Positions 1-12,990 of a stretch of 64,000 nucleotides of DNA are shown here, in pieces; position 1 is the first letter of the stretch; each line of letters begins with the position of its first letter. Source of the stretch: Lama guanicoe (lineage: Eukaryota); NCBI GenBank assembly GCA_013239625.1, contig MU054132.1, positions 558,001-622,000 of the forward strand, written 5' to 3'. The notes beneath the pieces are model-generated. The model searched no databases. It was not told the DNA's origin and worked only from the letters and a program-made list of their open reading frames with translations. Position numbers and translations under genes: made by a program.

Positions 1-1950
1 GTCAGGCATAGTGGGTGGCCAGAAGTCTGCACTTCCATCCAGTAGGAACAAGGCAGCACTTCCTCTGGGGTGTCAAAGAAGGTGAAATGGGAAACCTGAA
101 ATTTTGTCTTTACCTTGTTGTGAGAAGGTGGCACCACATTCCCTGCTGGCCTAGTGTCAGAGGGGTCCTGCTAAAATAGATTTACATAAGATCTGGAGTC
201 TCATAATGCTCTCAAAGTTCAGTGTACAATTTTTTAAAAATCATCATACCAAGCAGCAGGAAGATTTCAAATTGATTAACATAATACAATTTAAAAAGAT
301 GCTGACTTCAAGATAAATTAGATATCAAAACTATCTGACAAAGATTTTAAAGCAATTGTCATAAAAAATGCTTCAAAAAGCATTTTGAACACACTTGAAA
401 GAAATAAATAGAAAGTCTCAGCAAAGAAATAGAAGATATAAAAAAGAACCAAATGGAAATTTTTTTTGCATTCTATTTTTATTGAAGTATGGTCAGTGTA
501 CAATGTTGTTTCATTTCTGGTATACAGCAGAATGTTCATTCATACATATACATACACATTCATTTTCATATTTTCCTTATAGGTTACTACAAAATATTGA
601 ATCTAGTGCTATACAGTATAAACTTGTTTTTTTATCTATTTTGCGTATAGTAGTTAGTATCTGCAAATTTCAAACTCCCAATTTATCCCTTCCCACCCCC
701 TTTACCCCCTCAAATGGAAATTTTAAACTCAGTGGATGACCTCAACAGCAGAATGGAGAAGACAGAGGAAAGAATAAGTGAACTTGAAGACAGAACCAAG
801 AAAACTACCCAGTCTGAACCACAAAGAGAAAATAGACTGGAAAAAACAATGAACTGGTCCTCAATGACCAGTGGAATTATAACAAAAGATCTACATTTGT
901 GTAATTAGAGTCACAGAAGAAGAGGAGAAATAGAGTGAAGCTGAAAAGTACTCAAAGAAATGATGGCTGAAAATTTCCAAATTTGTCAAAATACATAAAC
1001 CTACAAATTCAAGAGGCTGAACATATCCCAGACAGGATTGACCTAAAGAACTAGAAATCTATACCAAGGTGCATTGTACTTAAAATTCGAAAAACTAAAA
1101 ACAAACAAACAAAAACCTTGAAAGCAACAAGAGAGAAAACACCTATAGGGAACGTTTTTTGAATGGCATCAGATTTCTCATTGAAATCATGGTGGTCAGA
1201 AAGAAATGGCACAACATTTTCCAAGTGCTGAAAGAAAAGAACTGTTAGCTCCAAATTCTACATATGGTGAAATTATCTTTGGGGAATGAAGGGAAACACA
1301 GAAAACTTAGAAAAACTAAGGATTTGTCACAACTAAACCTACTATGAAATTGCTAAAGAATGTTCTTCACATATAAAGGGAATTATTAAAATAGAAACTT
1401 AGACTGTCAGGAAGAATGAGAGCATAACAGAAAGAGAAAAATATTAGTAAATACAATAGACTTCCTTTTCTTAAGTTTTCTAAACTATATTTGACAGTTG
1501 AAGCAAAAAAATATCAAATATTATCTGATTTGGTTCACAGTGTATATAGAAGGAATATTTAAGACAATTATAAATAGGGCAGGGTAAAGGGACTTAAAGG
1601 GAAGTAAGGTTTCTATACTTTATTTGAACTGGTAAAATGTTAAAACAGGTAGACTGTGATAAGTAGTGTATGTATAATGTAGTATCTAGTGTAACTACCA
1701 AAAAAATCTGTACAAAGATACATCAAAACACAATAAAATGGAATTCTCAAAAATGTATATTCCATTAACTCACAGGAAGACAAGAAAAGAAAAAAGGAAA
1801 AAACAGAAGGAACAAACAAAACAAAAAATAAAATGGCAGACTTAAGCCCTAACATATCAATTAGTACATTAAATGTAAATGATCTAAATATAGTAATTAA
1901 AAGATAGATATTAAGAGAGTGAATTTTTGAAAATCGTGACTCAACTATAT
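1..1950 (+). mobile_element. Old L1 (L1M) 5'/ORF1 region, degenerate
   Basis: A-rich + strand; ORF1-like remnant LNSRMEKTEERISELEDR. Confidence 0.8.
464..710 (-). mobile_element. Younger 5'-truncated L1 3' end with 14-bp TSD
   Basis: TSD caaatggaaatttt at 450-463 and 711-724; starts with a T-rich tail and ttttattgaagtatggtcag. Confidence 0.85.
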
Positions 1951-2995
1951 GAAAAGGCAAAGGAACTAGAATAGTCAAACTAATTTTGACTTCATAAAAA
2001 TGTAAAACTGTTGTGCCACAAATGATATTATCAAGCAAGTAAAAAGATGACCCACTGACTGAATGGGAGAAGAAAATTGCAAGTCCTATATCTGATAAGG
2101 GATTTATATCCAGAATATATAAGAACTCGTACAAGTTAGTAATAAAAAGATCAATAACCCAATTTTAAAATGGGCAAAGGACTTGAATACACATTTCTCC
2201 AAAGAAGATATACAAATTGCTAATACTCATATGGAAGAAAAAACTCAACATCACTAATCATTATGGAAATGCAAATCAAAACCACAATGAAATACTACTT
2301 TGTATCCACTATGATGGCTAGAATTAAAAAGAGACAACACTAAGTATTGACAAGAATATAAAGAAATTGGAACTCCCATATATTACTGGTAGGAATGTAA
2401 AATTATGAAGCCACTTTGGAAAATAACCTGGAAATTTCACAAAGTAGTAAATATGGAGTTAATATATGGCCCAACAATTCCACTCTTGGAGTAGTAAAAG
2501 ATGCATTCACGCAAAACTTGTACATGAATATTCGTAGCAGCATTATTCATAATAAGCAAAGGTGGAAACAACCCAAATATGTACATTAACTGATGAATGG
2601 ATAAACAAAAGTGGTATATCCACACAATAGAATATTATTCTGCAGTTAAAAGGAAAGAAGTCTGATATATGCTACAGCATACATAGATGATGTAAAAACT
2701 CTAAGTGACAGAAGCCAGCCATAAAAGACCACATATTATATGATCCTATTCATGTGAAATATAAGAAAATAGGCAAACCCATAGAGGCAGAAAGTAGAGT
2801 AGTGGTTGTTTATGGCTGATGGAGGTGGGCTGGAGAAATGAGGACTGACTGCTAATACAATGTTTTTTTGTTGGGGGACAAATGTTCTCAGATTAGATTG
2901 TGATTATGGTCTATTGATACACTAAAATCCATTGAATTATATTCTTTAAATGGGTGAATTTTATTGTATGTGAATTATATCTCAATAAAGCTGTT
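1951..2995 (+). mobile_element. L1M ORF2 end and 3'UTR
   Basis: Typical L1 3' text (aaatgcaaatcaaaaccacaatgaaatac; gatgaatggataaacaaa) ending ttatatctcaataaagctgtt. Confidence 0.85.
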
Positions 2996-3711
2996 CAAGT
3001 TTCTGACTGGGGCAGCTGTCTCTCCCCCTGATCTCATCTCCCTTTTCCCTCTCTCATCAGTGTTCCTGCAAGCCCTTCCCCAATTCTGTTCCCATGTTCA
3101 TTTCAAAAGCTCAAATGAGGTCGACAGTGCCACAGCAGACTTTCCACAATGCTGTCACATGGTGGAGCATCCCAGGAGTGCCCTGGGTGAAGAGGTGACA
3201 CCTGCTGCCTAGCATGTAGTGAGTTCTTCGGTCTTTTATGCAGATGTAGTTGAAGGTCGGGTGTGTGGAGCATGTGAAGGTTTCTTGCTGTTTTGGGGAG
3301 GGTGTGTGGGGCATTTTTGTCTTGGTTTCCTACAAGTTCCATGAAAATGGTTCTCTTCAAAGCTCATTGTTTCTGTCATGGTTTCCATCTGTCCTAAGCA
3401 AGCCATTTCTTTATTTGGCATTTCACTATTAAAAGCCCCATGTTCTCTGCACTATTTGGCCAGCATAATTGCTAGTAACGATTCAAAGCAAAGAGTTTTA
3501 ACCTGATGGCATGAAATGTGTACATGAGGGTGGTGTTTTGCATATATTCTAATGACTATATTGCTATTTTCTGTAAAACAACCCATAAGCCTTTAACTTT
3601 TAAAGAAAATGAAAAAGGTTAGTGTTTGGGGGGAACTGGCCTCTTCATAAGCCAACATATTTAAGCTGAATATGTTTTAGTAAACCTTATGGTTTTTCTC
3701 AAAAAAAAAAA
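2996..3711 (+). pseudogene. Processed (retroposed) mRNA 3'UTR fragment; parent tentatively EIF4H-like, from memory only
   Basis: About 700 nt of non-repeat, UTR-like sequence between L1 pieces. AGTAAA at 3679-3684 lies 16 nt before an 11-A tract at 3701-3711. Confidence 0.6.
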
Positions 3712-3739
3712 CCCCACAAACTATTTAAAAGGAAAAAAA

Positions 3740-4875
3740 CCACAGATAAAAGAAACAATTGTATTTCTGTATACTAGCAATGAACAATTGGAAATTGAAA
3801 CTTAAAAAACAATATCATTAGCAATAATAAAAAAATGTGAACAACTTGGGGATAAATTTACAAAGGATATGAAAGACCTGTACACTGAAAACTATAAAAT
3901 ACTGCTGAGAAAAATTTTTAAAGACCTTATAAATGGAGAGATGTAGATTCTTTATGATTAAAAGACTCAGTATTGTTACAGTGTCAATTCTCAAATTTAT
4001 CTGCAGATTAGGTGCAATATCATTTAAAATCTGAGGAAACTTTTTTGAAAACATTCACTTACTGATTGATTCTAAAATCCACATAGAAATTCAAAGAACT
4101 GGAACAGTCGAAACAACTCTGAAAAAGAATAACAAATTGGAGGGCTAATCCTGTCTAAACATAAGAGTTATTATAAAGCTACAGTAATCAAAACAGTAAA
4201 TAAAAACAGTTGGTTTTGACATAAAGATAGGCATATACATCAAAGGAACAGAATAGAGCCCCACAACAAACCCCACACATTGTATAGACAACTGATTTTT
4301 AACAAAGACATAAAGGCAGTTTAGTGGAGAAAAGATACCATTTTTGACAAGTGGTACTTGTACAATTGGACATCCACATGCAAAAATGAACAAACTTGGA
4401 TCCATATCTCACACCATATACAAAAATTCACTTTAAATGAATCATAGACCTAAATGTCAAAACTCAAATTATGAAACTTGTAGAATAAGAAGAAACCCTT
4501 TGTGACCTTGACTTAGGTAATAAAAGCACAGTCCATAAAAGAACAAATTGGTAAATTGGACTTCATCAAAATTAAAAACTGCTGCTCTTCAAACGACACT
4601 TAAGAAAATGAAAAGACAAAGTACAAACGAGGAGAAAATCGTTGCAACACATATATCTGATAAAGAACTTGAATCCAGAATGTGTAAAGAACTCTGAAAT
4701 CAACAATAAGAAAACAGCACAATTTTCTAAATGAGTAAAAGATCTGAACAGGCACTTCATCAAAGAAGATATCCAGTTATTGAGGAAATGCAAATTAAAA
4801 ATGGAACAAGATACAATTACACACCTATCAAAATAGCTAAAGTTAAAAAAACTGTACCAAATACTGGCAAAGATA
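3740..4875 (+). mobile_element. L1M ORF2 fragment
   Basis: aaagacctgtacactgaaaactataaaatactgctgaga and other ORF2 C-terminal motifs, degenerate. Confidence 0.85.
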
Positions 4876-4879
4876 TATT

Positions 4880-5250
4880 GTGCTTTCTTCTGGTGGTGGG
4901 AGCTGTAAGATGCAATAATTTGTCTTTTATTTTGGAGGTGATGTCCCAGACTACTGGACCCCTAAAAATTTTACTGATGTGGTGGTCCCCTGAATCTTCA
5001 TAGGATTTATCTCCCGGAACTTAAGTCTTACCAAAGACTCCACCATGTTAGCCATTTATTGCTTATTTGGTCCAATAAGCATGATGTCATCAATATAGTG
5101 GACCAATGTGATAATTCTGAAGAATGTCCAGTTTTATGGATCTCGTTATATTATAATTTGACAGAAGTCAGGAAAGTTCAAGATAGCTTTGGGCAAAACT
5201 GTAAGTGTGTACTGTTGTCCATTTCAAATGAATGTGAACTATTTTTGAGA
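4880..5250 (-). mobile_element. ERV-L pol (reverse transcriptase) fragment
   Basis: Minus strand reads QYTLTVLP... then TLVHYIDDIMLIGP (YIDD at 5097-5086), an ERV-L type RT motif; frame broken. Confidence 0.8.
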
Positions 5251-6656
5251 TTAGAGATTGATGTTTACAAACTGTTTTAACTCTATTGTGATATGCACAG
5301 CTTCTGTATGTTTAGTTCAGACTGTTTAACCGTAGCATATGAACATAATGTGACATAGCCAAGTCCTCCATGTGGTAGACACAATTTTTTGTCACTTCAT
5401 CCGTCTGATACAATATAATTTCTGCCTTATCAGATAGCACTTACAACTACGTATATCTCAGAGAGAAAACTGGTATGTACACTCCAAAGAAGTACAATAG
5501 TTTCCCATGCTTTTGTAAAATTGAGACCTGATGTTCAGATGTTACTGAAAAGGCTAATTTTTATTTTTATTTTTTTTTTTTGAAAAGGCTAATTTTTATT
5601 GAGTTACACAAATGTTAACTTTTTCTGCTGTTTCATTTAACCCAAAGACGTTTCATCCCTGCCTTGAGAAACCTAAGCAAGATGAAGTTAATCCCAAACT
5701 TAGAGTAATAAATCAGTAGATTTCTTTTTTACTCTTGTCAACATCCTTTATTTTTATTTTTTGGTTTGCCAGTTATGGCACTAGAGAACTTTTTCATAAA
5801 AGTGTTCTCTCAACAGCAACTTACTGAATCCTCTCTATATGCCAAACCTTGTGGGTAGAAACAGAGGATACAAAGGTAAGTGAGGTAATCTCTGTCTTTG
5901 GGAAGCTCTCAAAGTAACTGGGGAAACACTTCAGTTAAGGGACAGTACTGAGTACTGAGATTGAGAGTACTGTACTGAGTACAGTATTGAGAGTACTGTA
6001 AAGATGGTACCAGCATGCTGAGGGAAAAGGAAGTGACTCTTTCTGCCTAGGGGAGTTGAGAAAGGACATGATACATGAGCTGAGCACTAAATAGTGAACA
6101 ATTATTTATCTGACAAAAAAGGAGGCAAGTGAGGGCATTTCTAGGCAGTGAACATTAGCCTCATTAGCGAGTTTGTTAGTAACTTTGGACCATACGAAGC
6201 CAAGGGGTTTGTTCTCTCCTTTCCTACAGAGAACCAAAGCAGTGGTCATACAGCTTCATGTGCTAGGTTATGAGCATCTGAATGTCTTAACATGGAAATA
6301 CAACAATGGAGCAGCAGCTAGCCAAGGCAGGAGCTAAGGTGAAGAACTGCCTAAAATCATTCTTAAATACATGCTCATGCAAAAATGTCTGGCTCACCTG
6401 ACATGTCTGGCTTTCTAGTGCTTGTACTGTGATGCAGTATCACAGCCATAAGGAATGAGCCTTCCATTCCCTTGAAATACATTTTCTAAAATTTAGTCCT
6501 TTACAAATCCATGAAGAATGAGGAATCCAATGACAATTTAGATTTGGGCTCCTTACTGGAGTGAGGGCTGCTTATTTTTCCCCAAAGGATGCTTAACAAC
6601 TCTTGGTGGTTAGGATTATCAATGGTGGAATCCTGGCAAAGTATAGTTTTTAAAAT

Positions 6657-7030
6657 TGTTGAAAACATGATTCATAAAAATATAGAATGAACGTATGTCA
6701 AAGATTTATTAACTTACTAATAAGGGACCCAGTCAGATAAAGCTGGTTAAAAGAGCATGTTGAGGAACTGGATATTCACAGACATTTATAAAGGAATACT
6801 AGGAGGAAACAAGGAATGTTAGAATTAAAATGTTAGATTAGATATAAAACTGGTTCATATCCAGCAGGGCAATTAAACATACCCGTTGGGGTTATCTTTT
6901 CTACTGGATACTACCTAGCATTTAACTTCAGATTCTAAGCCCATAATTGATAGTAATAACAATTACATTCCCTTAGGTTAAGTAAAGAAATAACTTGAAA
7001 AAGACCACCATCCCTCTAAATTCCCTGTAG
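6657..7030. mobile_element. LTR37-like solo LTR fragment
   Basis: tgttgaaaacatgattcata...gtcaaagatttattaact resembles LTR37 as I recall it. Confidence 0.35.
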
Positions 7031-7844
7031 TGCATTGAAAGTACATATCACCTACCTTCTTGCCTTTTTTCCAAGTAATTTTTCTTCACCACACTTCATA
7101 TTTATTCAGCAGGAATTTAAGCCATCTCTCCCCACCCTGCCCCCATCTGTCCCAGCATGCCTTTTTTTCTTTTTCTTTTTTCTTCCCACTGCAGACCAGC
7201 ATGCCTTTTTTAATTCAATTGCTCTCTACACCTTTCTCTCCATGCATTTCACACTCTTCTGCGTCAGAACTATTGCCCACCCTCTCCTGTCAACAAAAGA
7301 TCTTGTTGATAGGAGATCTTCATTGCCAGATCTTCATTGCCAGAGATCAAGGTACCACTTATCCTTCAAGGGCAAAGGCAGTTGGCACCCTCCCCTCAGG
7401 ATCAGTGTTGTAATGAACTGAGTCACCCTTAACACTCTTCCAGATTACTTAATATCAGCCTTTCTTAGCTGGTGTTAAAAAAAATAAATAAGTTCCTTGG
7501 GATTTCACTATTTTATTTCCTTGGAACCTCTCTACAGACAGCCTGATGAAAAACTAAGTCTTCAACTATTAAGGCATTTGGTCCTGTTTAATTGGATTTT
7601 ATGGCTTGGGCACACCTGCACTAAAGCTTTCAAATGAAATGTGCATTTTGTTGCATGAGCCTAATCTAAAACTGGCCCAAGGGGACATTTTGTATAATTA
7701 GTGGAAAATTCATGATATCATATTGAGACTTAAATGACTAAATTCAGCTTTGATTGAATTTTTGATTCAAAAAAAAATCACAAAACCTTGGAAGTTGGAC
7801 CACAAAAAAAGGGATGACAGACTATTAACTCTGGCAGTTGATAA

Positions 7845-8990
7845 TGGGACGACTGCATATCCACATGCAAAAGAATGAATCTGGACTACTATCTCACAAA
7901 ATCAACTCAACATGGACCAAAGATCTAAATGTAAAAGCTGAAACTGTAAAACTCTTAGACAAAAACATAGAGGTAAATCTTCATGACCATGAATTTGTCA
8001 GTAGTTTCTTAGATATGATACCAAAAGCACAAGTAACAAGAGAAACATTTACTGGACTTCATCAGAATTGAAAACTTTTGTGCTTCAAAGGACACTATCA
8101 AGAAAGTGAACCCACATATGAGAGAAAATATTTGCAAATCTTATATCTGATAATGGACATGTATCTAAACTACATAAAGAACTCTTAAAACTCAATAATA
8201 AAAAGACAAATAACCCATTAAAAAATGGGCAAAGGATGTGAATAGACATTTCTCCAAAGAAGATATTAAAATGGCCAATAAGCACATGAAAAGATACTCA
8301 ACATCATTAGTGATTATGGAAATGGAAATCAAAACCACATCCACTGGGATGGCTATAATAAAAAAGATTACAAGTGTCATTTAGCGTGTGGAGAAATTAG
8401 AACCCTTATACACTGCTGAGAGAAGATAAAATGGTATAGCTACTTTGGAAAACAGTCTGGCAGCTATTCAAAAGATTAAACATAGAGTTACTATTTGACC
8501 CAGCATTTCCACTCCTAGGTAAATACCCAAGAGAAATGAACGTGTATGTCTACACAAAAACTTGTTCTTGGTTTGTAGCAGCACTTTTCGTAATAACCAA
8601 AAAGTGGAAACGATCCAAATGTTCATCAACTGATGAATGGATAAACAATTGTGGTATATCCATCAATTAAATATTATTCATCTGTTTTAAAAAGGGTGAA
8701 ATACTGATACATGCTGCAATATAGATTAACCGTGAAAACATTATGCTAAGTGAAAGAAGTCAGTCACAAAAGACCACATATTGTGTGCTTTCATTTACTT
8801 GAAATGTTCAGAATAGGCAAATCTCTTGAGACAGAAAGTAGAGTTGTGGTTGCCTGTGACTGGAAGAGATAAAGTGAGGAAATAGGGAGTAATGGCTAAT
8901 AGGTACAAGGTTTTTAGGGGGTAACAAAGTGGTCTAATATTAGATTGTGGTGATGATTGCACCACACTGTGAATATCCTAAAAAGTGTAG
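7845..8990 (+). mobile_element. L1M ORF2 end and 3'UTR
   Basis: ctgcatatccacatgcaaaagaatgaatctggac ... typical L1MB/MC 3' region. Confidence 0.85.
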
Positions 8991-9070
8991 AATAGCTGTG
9001 ACAGACCATATGGTCCGCAGAGCCTAACACACTTACTGTGGAGCTCTTTACAGATAAGTTGCCAATCTCT
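8990..9070 (+). mobile_element. MER58-like hAT fragment
   Basis: gacagaccatatggtccgcagagcctaa...ctttacagataagttgccaa resembles the MER58A 3' end. Confidence 0.55.
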
Positions 9071-9074
9071 CCCT

Positions 9075-9830
9075 ATTTATAGTAAGTTTTAAATTGAAAA
9101 GTATGAGTCCTCCAACTTTGTCCTTCTTTTTAAAAATTGGTTTGACTATCCTGGATCGTTTGCATTTTCGTATAAATTTTAGAATCAATTTGTCAATTTT
9201 GCAGAAAAGCCTACTAGATTTTGATAGTGATTGTGTTAAACTTATAGATCAAATTGAGGAGATCATTTTTAAGTTAATCTCAAATTGTCTCAGATTTTAT
9301 TAGTGAAAGCCTCATTAACTGTCTTCTGTGTCCTTTTGATAAGGACCGTATCATTCTTTGAGCACTTCCTTGCTTTCTGGCATAACTGATTTCCAGCTCC
9401 TTTCATAATTTTTTTTGTCACAGCCAAGAAGTTCTGGTTCTTTCAGTGGAAGATTTAGAAGTCAAATGGTACTAGATCTTAGTACATTGTTATTGGGGGT
9501 ATTAATGCTCCAAAGCCCTCTCAGTGCTCAGAGATAGGGTATATTTGCATACAAATAAATAAATATATAGGTAAATAAATAAATCCCCTATATACACACA
9601 CTTACATCTATATTATTTATTTCTATGTCTATATGCATATATTTATATATTATATATCTATATCTATATTGACATTTGTGAGTAGTTCACACTGAATCCT
9701 CTAATTCTAATCCAATACCACAGAGTTCTTGAAGTTTTCTTCCTTTCCGTATTTGTAACTCCCTTCTTTGACTCTGAGAAATCTGGCTTCCATCTTTCTT
9801 AATACACCTATATGATTGTATATTTTATGT
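9075..9830 (-). mobile_element. L1 fragments
   Basis: gagtcctccaactttgtccttctttttaaaaattgg (ORF2, antisense) followed by old 3'UTR-like sequence. Confidence 0.6.
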
Positions 9831-9854
9831 AGTTAGATAAATAGATACTTAGCT

Positions 9855-10330
9855 CAGAGGACTTAGCTAATGCTACTACTGCTCAGTGTCCAGCCCGACC
9901 ACAGCAGAGACCAATGATATGACACTATCCTTTGAGGACTCCCTGATATGACACCATCCCTCAAGGAGTCAAACGACCACATTGTGTCATGTTGATGATA
10001 GGACCCTTTCAAACTGGAAGGAGAATCAGTTTAACAACTAGAATTGACACATATTTCCTACCTGCAAGGCCGTGGCCAGCATGACTATCTGAGGACTTTC
10101 AAAGTGTTTGATCTACCGACGCAATATTTGTGTAACAACACATGAGACCAAGAATCCCATTTCACAGCTGAAGAGGTGCATTAAGGAAATGACACCTCAC
10201 TACCCAGAAGCTACCAGCCTAATAAAGCAAATGGAAAGGCCTTCTGAAGGCACAGCTGCAGAGCCAGCTTAAAGATGATATCCTCCAAAGATGAGAAACC
10301 ATGTACAGCATGCTGTATTTAGCCAAATAG
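9855..10330 (+). mobile_element. ERV-L pol (integrase) fragment
   Basis: Degenerate remnants DLANATTAQCPA..QQRP, IDTY, DQESHFTAEEV, HYPEATSLIKQ..GLLK resemble ERV-L integrase. Confidence 0.7.
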
Positions 10331-10457
10331 CAAAATGCCTACCTCGTGATCACTTCTGACTTCCCTGACCTTGTCATCAATGATCACATTGTACCCCTGG
10401 GCATCAGCAACCAAAGTCCATCTAGTGAACCAAACTCCTGCTTCACTTCATGACTCT

Positions 10458-10924
10458 TGTAGGTAGCATAATGCCCTCCCCCTCAAAGATGTACATGTCT
10501 TAATACCTGAAACCTGTGAATATGTTAGGTTACATGGCAAAGGGGAATTAAAGGTACAGATAGAGTCAAATTTGCCAATCAGCAGATTTTAAAATAGATT
10601 ATCCTGGGTTATCTGGGTGAGGGCAGTGTAATCACAAGGGTCCTTAAAAAGTGAAAGAAGGAAGCTGAAAAGGAGGGTCAGAGGGAGACATGACTACAAA
10701 AGAACCAACAGAGAGGTGGCTTTGAAGATGGAAGAAGAGGGCCATGAGCCAAAGAATGTAGGCAGCTTCTAGAAGTTGGAAAAGGCTAGGAAATGTATTC
10801 TTTCCTATTGTCACCTTGATTTTAGCCTCATGTCAGACTTCAAAATATAAAATAATAAATTTGTATTGTTTCAAGATACTCAATTTGTGGTAATTTGTTA
10901 CAGCAGCAATAAAAAACTAATACA
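10458..10924 (+). mobile_element. MLT1 (MLT1D-like) MaLR solo LTR
   Basis: TG...CA ends; aaagatgtacatgtcttaatacctgaaacctgtgaatatgtt ... gtaatttgttacagcagcaataaaaaactaataca. Confidence 0.85.
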
Positions 10925-11369
10925 ATCATCAAGAGATTTCTAGGTCTAACAACAGAGTGAATATTGTTAAATAATATTTATGGGATGGAAAATCAATTAA
11001 GAAAATGCTTTATGAGTGTCCTTGACAACGGAATACACAAGGTAATGACCATGAGTGGTTTGGTAATCATAAGCACACAATATTTTGTAATCAGATGTTT
11101 GTTCAGACAGTCCCTTTAGTGCAGTAGGATATAACAGAATTATTAGTCAGAGGTAAAGAGTGGGTTACTTTCATCATTTTTCTTCAGGGCAGAGACATTA
11201 CCTGACCTGTCAGAGATTTGGGAACTGCCTTGTCATGCATATACAAGTTGCCCAAACAAGATGAAATGGCAGTCATGAGGTATTTAAATATAATGACAAC
11301 AAGGAACCTTACCACCGTTTTTCAATAATAATACCAGCATAGTAGGACTTACTAACAACCAATCGTTGC

Positions 11370-11865
11370 TTACGACAAAATTATTTTGCTGAAGCCTGGT
11401 AAAGAGAACTGAAACCAATTTAATTTCCTGTCTCTGGGTTAAGAAATACAGAGACCAGACATAACTTTCCTGTTCTTATACTAAATAATACTGAGAATAA
11501 GCAAAAATAACTATTTGCTCCAGGAAATATTTGATCCTAGACTATGAACTAGCAAAAAGCTTACTTATGAAAACTAGTATTTTACTCATTAAGACTTGCT
11601 TAAAGACTGTTGCTTCACTGTGCCTACCAATCTAAAATTACTGTTGTAAACTCTGCCTAGTCTCAGTCAGTTTCCTGCTTTACAAAACTCTCTTTAAAAC
11701 CACCCAGTTTGGGCCCTAAAGCCCTGTAAATATCCTCCCCCTGACTTTCTGTGAAATTATTATGCCTTTGTCAAGTTGGCATTCTCTTTAATGCTGTAAA
11801 TTTAATAAATTTAACTTTATTGATTAACAGGTTTTTAAGGGGTCTTGTGGAGAGTTTGTATTCAC
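11370..11865 (+). mobile_element. ERV1-class (MER34-like) solo LTR
   Basis: LTR-like layout (ccctgtaaatatcctcccc, then aataaa near the 3' end); family is from memory. Confidence 0.45.
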
Positions 11866-12799
11866 TAGAAGTAACCTTGAGAGTGCTAGTATACCTTCTA
11901 TTAACCCTCCTCTAAAGATTCTCTTATATCCCCACTCCAGGGAAGATTCTGAAGTTAGTGTGTATGCAATGGAAGCTAAGAATCACATGGATTTTCAAAG
12001 ACAGTTTTTTACCTTAAACACTAGTCAGATTTCTCCGTAGCCACAGTTCTAGGTCCAAGGTCAAAGGAATCTATTAGAAATTAAAATATATAAGTGAAAG
12101 TAGCAATGTTACATCTGATATTTAGTGTTTTCTTCAAGTAAAGCAAAACTCTTCAGTTTGTGTGTTTGCTTCAATGAAATTGTGTCATCGGCTTAACCTC
12201 AAGCCCAGGAATTGAAGAGGAGATAAATCTTCACCCAGTCAGTTGACTGTTAGAAAGGAAGGAAACTTTAATAACTCTGTGACAACAATCAGCTAAACAC
12301 TTTACTGCAGAACCTACGGAAATAAGATGGCTCCTCTACTCACCTTTGCTAAAAGTTAATGCCTGGTATCTCAGAAGTACACATAGAATTGAGCAGCCCA
12401 TGTTGCTTGGAAATTACAATGCCCATAAGTATTAAAATGTAAAACTTTTAAAAAATTGATTAATAAAATAATTCTAATTATTTGTAAAAATTACTATATA
12501 ATAATAAATAATAACTTTAAAATAAAATAATTCTAATTAAAACTTGCATTTGAACAAAATACCTATGGTACACTTCTGGTATACACAATTAAAATTGTTA
12601 AAGGTATTGCCAAATTTTTATCCAAAAGTTTGCACTGATGTATAAAGTGCATACTGATATATACATGTTTAAGGCTCTGGAGATACACTACCTAATTGTT
12701 CTCCAAAAAATGTGAGCCAGTTGATTTTCCAACACTGAAGAAGAATGTTCATTTATCTGTTGTTAAAAGAGAATTTTTCAAAGAAGTTATAATCGTGAA

Positions 12800-12990
12800 C
12801 AGGAATAATAATGGGTATTTATAGAAGACTTCAGACATTGCAAAGTCTTCATAGATATTAACTCGCCTGGTCATTTTAGCATCCCTGTAGCAGAGAGGGT
12901 TGCTTCCCCTATTTTACAGATGCAGAGATTGAGCCTCAGAGAAGTAAGGGCACCCAGAGTCACAGACTCTCAGTGGAGCATATGGACTTG
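12800..12990 (-). mobile_element. MIR
   Basis: cccctattttacagatgcagagattgagcctcagagaagtaag. Confidence 0.65.

Noticed and set aside
5942..6000. gtactga-type short repeat cluster, superficially array-like
   Set aside because: Irregular slippage repeat with no repeat-spacer structure; a CRISPR array is implausible in mammalian DNA.
7314..7341. 14-bp tandem duplication agatcttcattgcc (similar small duplications near 12462/12521, 40118, 44570 and 52360)
   Set aside because: Ordinary local duplications with no further supporting structure.
318..9303. Many short ORFs
   Set aside because: They are broken L1/ERV frames or their antisense; no intact ORF1, ORF2 or pol.
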